Assembly: GCA_051005375.1 (NCBI GenBank)
Contig: JBPCJK010000062.1
Span: forward strand, 1-43,443
Source of the DNA: Acidimicrobiales bacterium
Lineage (GTDB): Bacteria; Actinomycetota; Acidimicrobiia; Acidimicrobiales; CADCSY01
Length of the DNA stretch: 43,443 bases
Direction of reading: 5' to 3'
The position numbers were made by a program, and so were the translations under genes. This document shows positions 42,862-43,443 of this stretch, one piece after another. How positions within the stretch are numbered: the stretch's first letter is position 1; the number at the start of each line of letters is the position of its first letter. The notes beneath the pieces were generated by a model that was given only the letters and a program-made list of their open reading frames with translations, searched no databases and had not been told where the DNA came from.

Positions 42862-43361
42862 CGACGGAGCGCGGATTTCAGCCCGAACGGATCCTCCAGG
42901 TGTTGGAGCGCCATGGCGTTGACTACGTGCTGATCGGCGGTGCCGCCGCGGTGGTGCACGGCTCGCCCCATCTGACCCAGGACGTCGACGTCTGCCCAGC
43001 CGCGGACCATGACAACCTCGAGCGACTGGCCGGGGCGTTGGTTGAGCTGGACGCTCGGGTGCGCGCTCAGGGAGTGGAGGAACCATTGCCCTTCGACCGC
43101 AGCGCCCAGTTCCTCGCCAAGTGCCAGGTGTGGAACCTGTCGACCATCTATGGAGAGCTCGACCTGTCCTGTCAGCCCAGCGGGACCGAGGGCTACGACG
43201 ACCTTCAGCGGTCCGCCGTCGTGGTCGACCTTGGGGAAGTGGCCGTGATGGTGGCGTCGTTGGCCGACATCGTCCGCTCCAAGGAAGCCGCTGACCGTGA
43301 GAAGGACCACCTCACTCTGCCCACGCTGCGGGCGATGCTCGAGCGCCAGCAGCGGGGGTAG
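42858..43361 (+). CDS. minimal nucleotidyltransferase-fold protein (candidate toxin)
   Basis: 167 aa. IGGAAAVVHGSPHLTQDVDV fits the Pol-beta NTase pattern G[GS]-x(9-13)-DxD. The C-terminal helix LADIVRSKEAADREKDHLTLPTL is common in small NTase families. Confidence 0.6.
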   Translation: MTTERGFQPERILQVLERHGVDYVLIGGAAAVVHGSPHLTQDVDVCPAADHDNLERLAGALVELDARVRAQGVEEPLPFDRSAQFLAKCQVWNLSTIYGELDLSCQPSGTEGYDDLQRSAVVVDLGEVAVMVASLADIVRSKEAADREKDHLTLPTLRAMLERQQRG

Positions 43362-43377
43362 CTCCCCGGACGAGGAG

Positions 43378-43406
43378 TTGTCAGGTGGCCCCGGCGCGCC
43401 TATCGT
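43378..43406 (+). promoter_or_regulatory. sigma-A-type promoter candidate (TTGTCA - 17 bp - TATCGT)
   Basis: The -35-like element is at 43378..43383 and the -10-like TAnnnT at 43401..43406. The -10 abuts the CIRCE operator, as in hrcA-controlled chaperone promoters. Confidence 0.45.
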
Positions 43407-43432
43407 TAGCACTCGACACCCGAGAGTGCTAA
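43406..43432 (+). promoter_or_regulatory. CIRCE operator (HrcA binding site)
   Basis: TTAGCACTC-N9-GAGTGCTAA is an exact match to the CIRCE consensus. It lies downstream of tsaD, where groES is found in other actinobacteria. Confidence 0.85.
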
Positions 43433-43443
43433 CAGCCTGCCTT

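Overview
This is a high-GC, almost fully coding chromosomal core region of actinobacterial type; the lineage call is inference from gene order and composition only. Gene order: DUF1232 and ChrB-like genes; a LuxR/HisKA_3 two-component pair; tRNA-Gly and tRNA-Pro; a small vapBC-like locus; tig-clpP-clpX; a repeat protein; folC-ndk; the rod-shape module mreB-mreC-mreD-mrdA-rodA; a coiled-coil repeat protein; radical-SAM TIGR03960-like plus TIGR03936-like genes directly upstream of rne; rplU-rpmA; an inverted dGTPase-like HD gene; obg; about 1.7 kb of gene remnants; proB; a five-gene ABC transporter plus DesK/DesR-like module; a 1157-aa GlmS-like protein; a Tat-exported amidase; nnr, a CBS protein, alr, a family-4 UDG, and tsaE-tsaB-rimI-tsaD; an XRE plus nucleotidyltransferase pair. 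The window ends in a perfect CIRCE operator, so groES probably lies just beyond the right edge. I saw no rRNA, CRISPR array, transposase or integrase. I did not find a clear-cut novel multi-gene system. The most unusual observations are these. (1) All housekeeping genes (roughly 28 kb) read through cleanly, whereas at least eight accessory genes (two sensor kinases, an ABC ATPase, PIN toxins, Phd-like antitoxins, a CPBP-like protease) carry frameshifts or in-frame stops. (2) The GlmS-like amidotransferase is about twice the normal length, sits at the positional glmS site, and has an internalised C-tail motif. (3) An intact, translationally coupled XRE-nucleotidyltransferase pair is wedged between tsaD and the groES promoter. 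(4) Two repeat-built proteins of unknown function flank the cell-shape genes. (5) Several DNA-level motifs stand out: a G6-C-G4-C-G4-C-G7 tract that breaks an antitoxin frame, a 25-bp GTTCRC/GCGAAC motif present at two unlinked intergenic sites, perfect palindromes, and simple-sequence tracts. All family names are motif-level recognition by eye; no database search was run.
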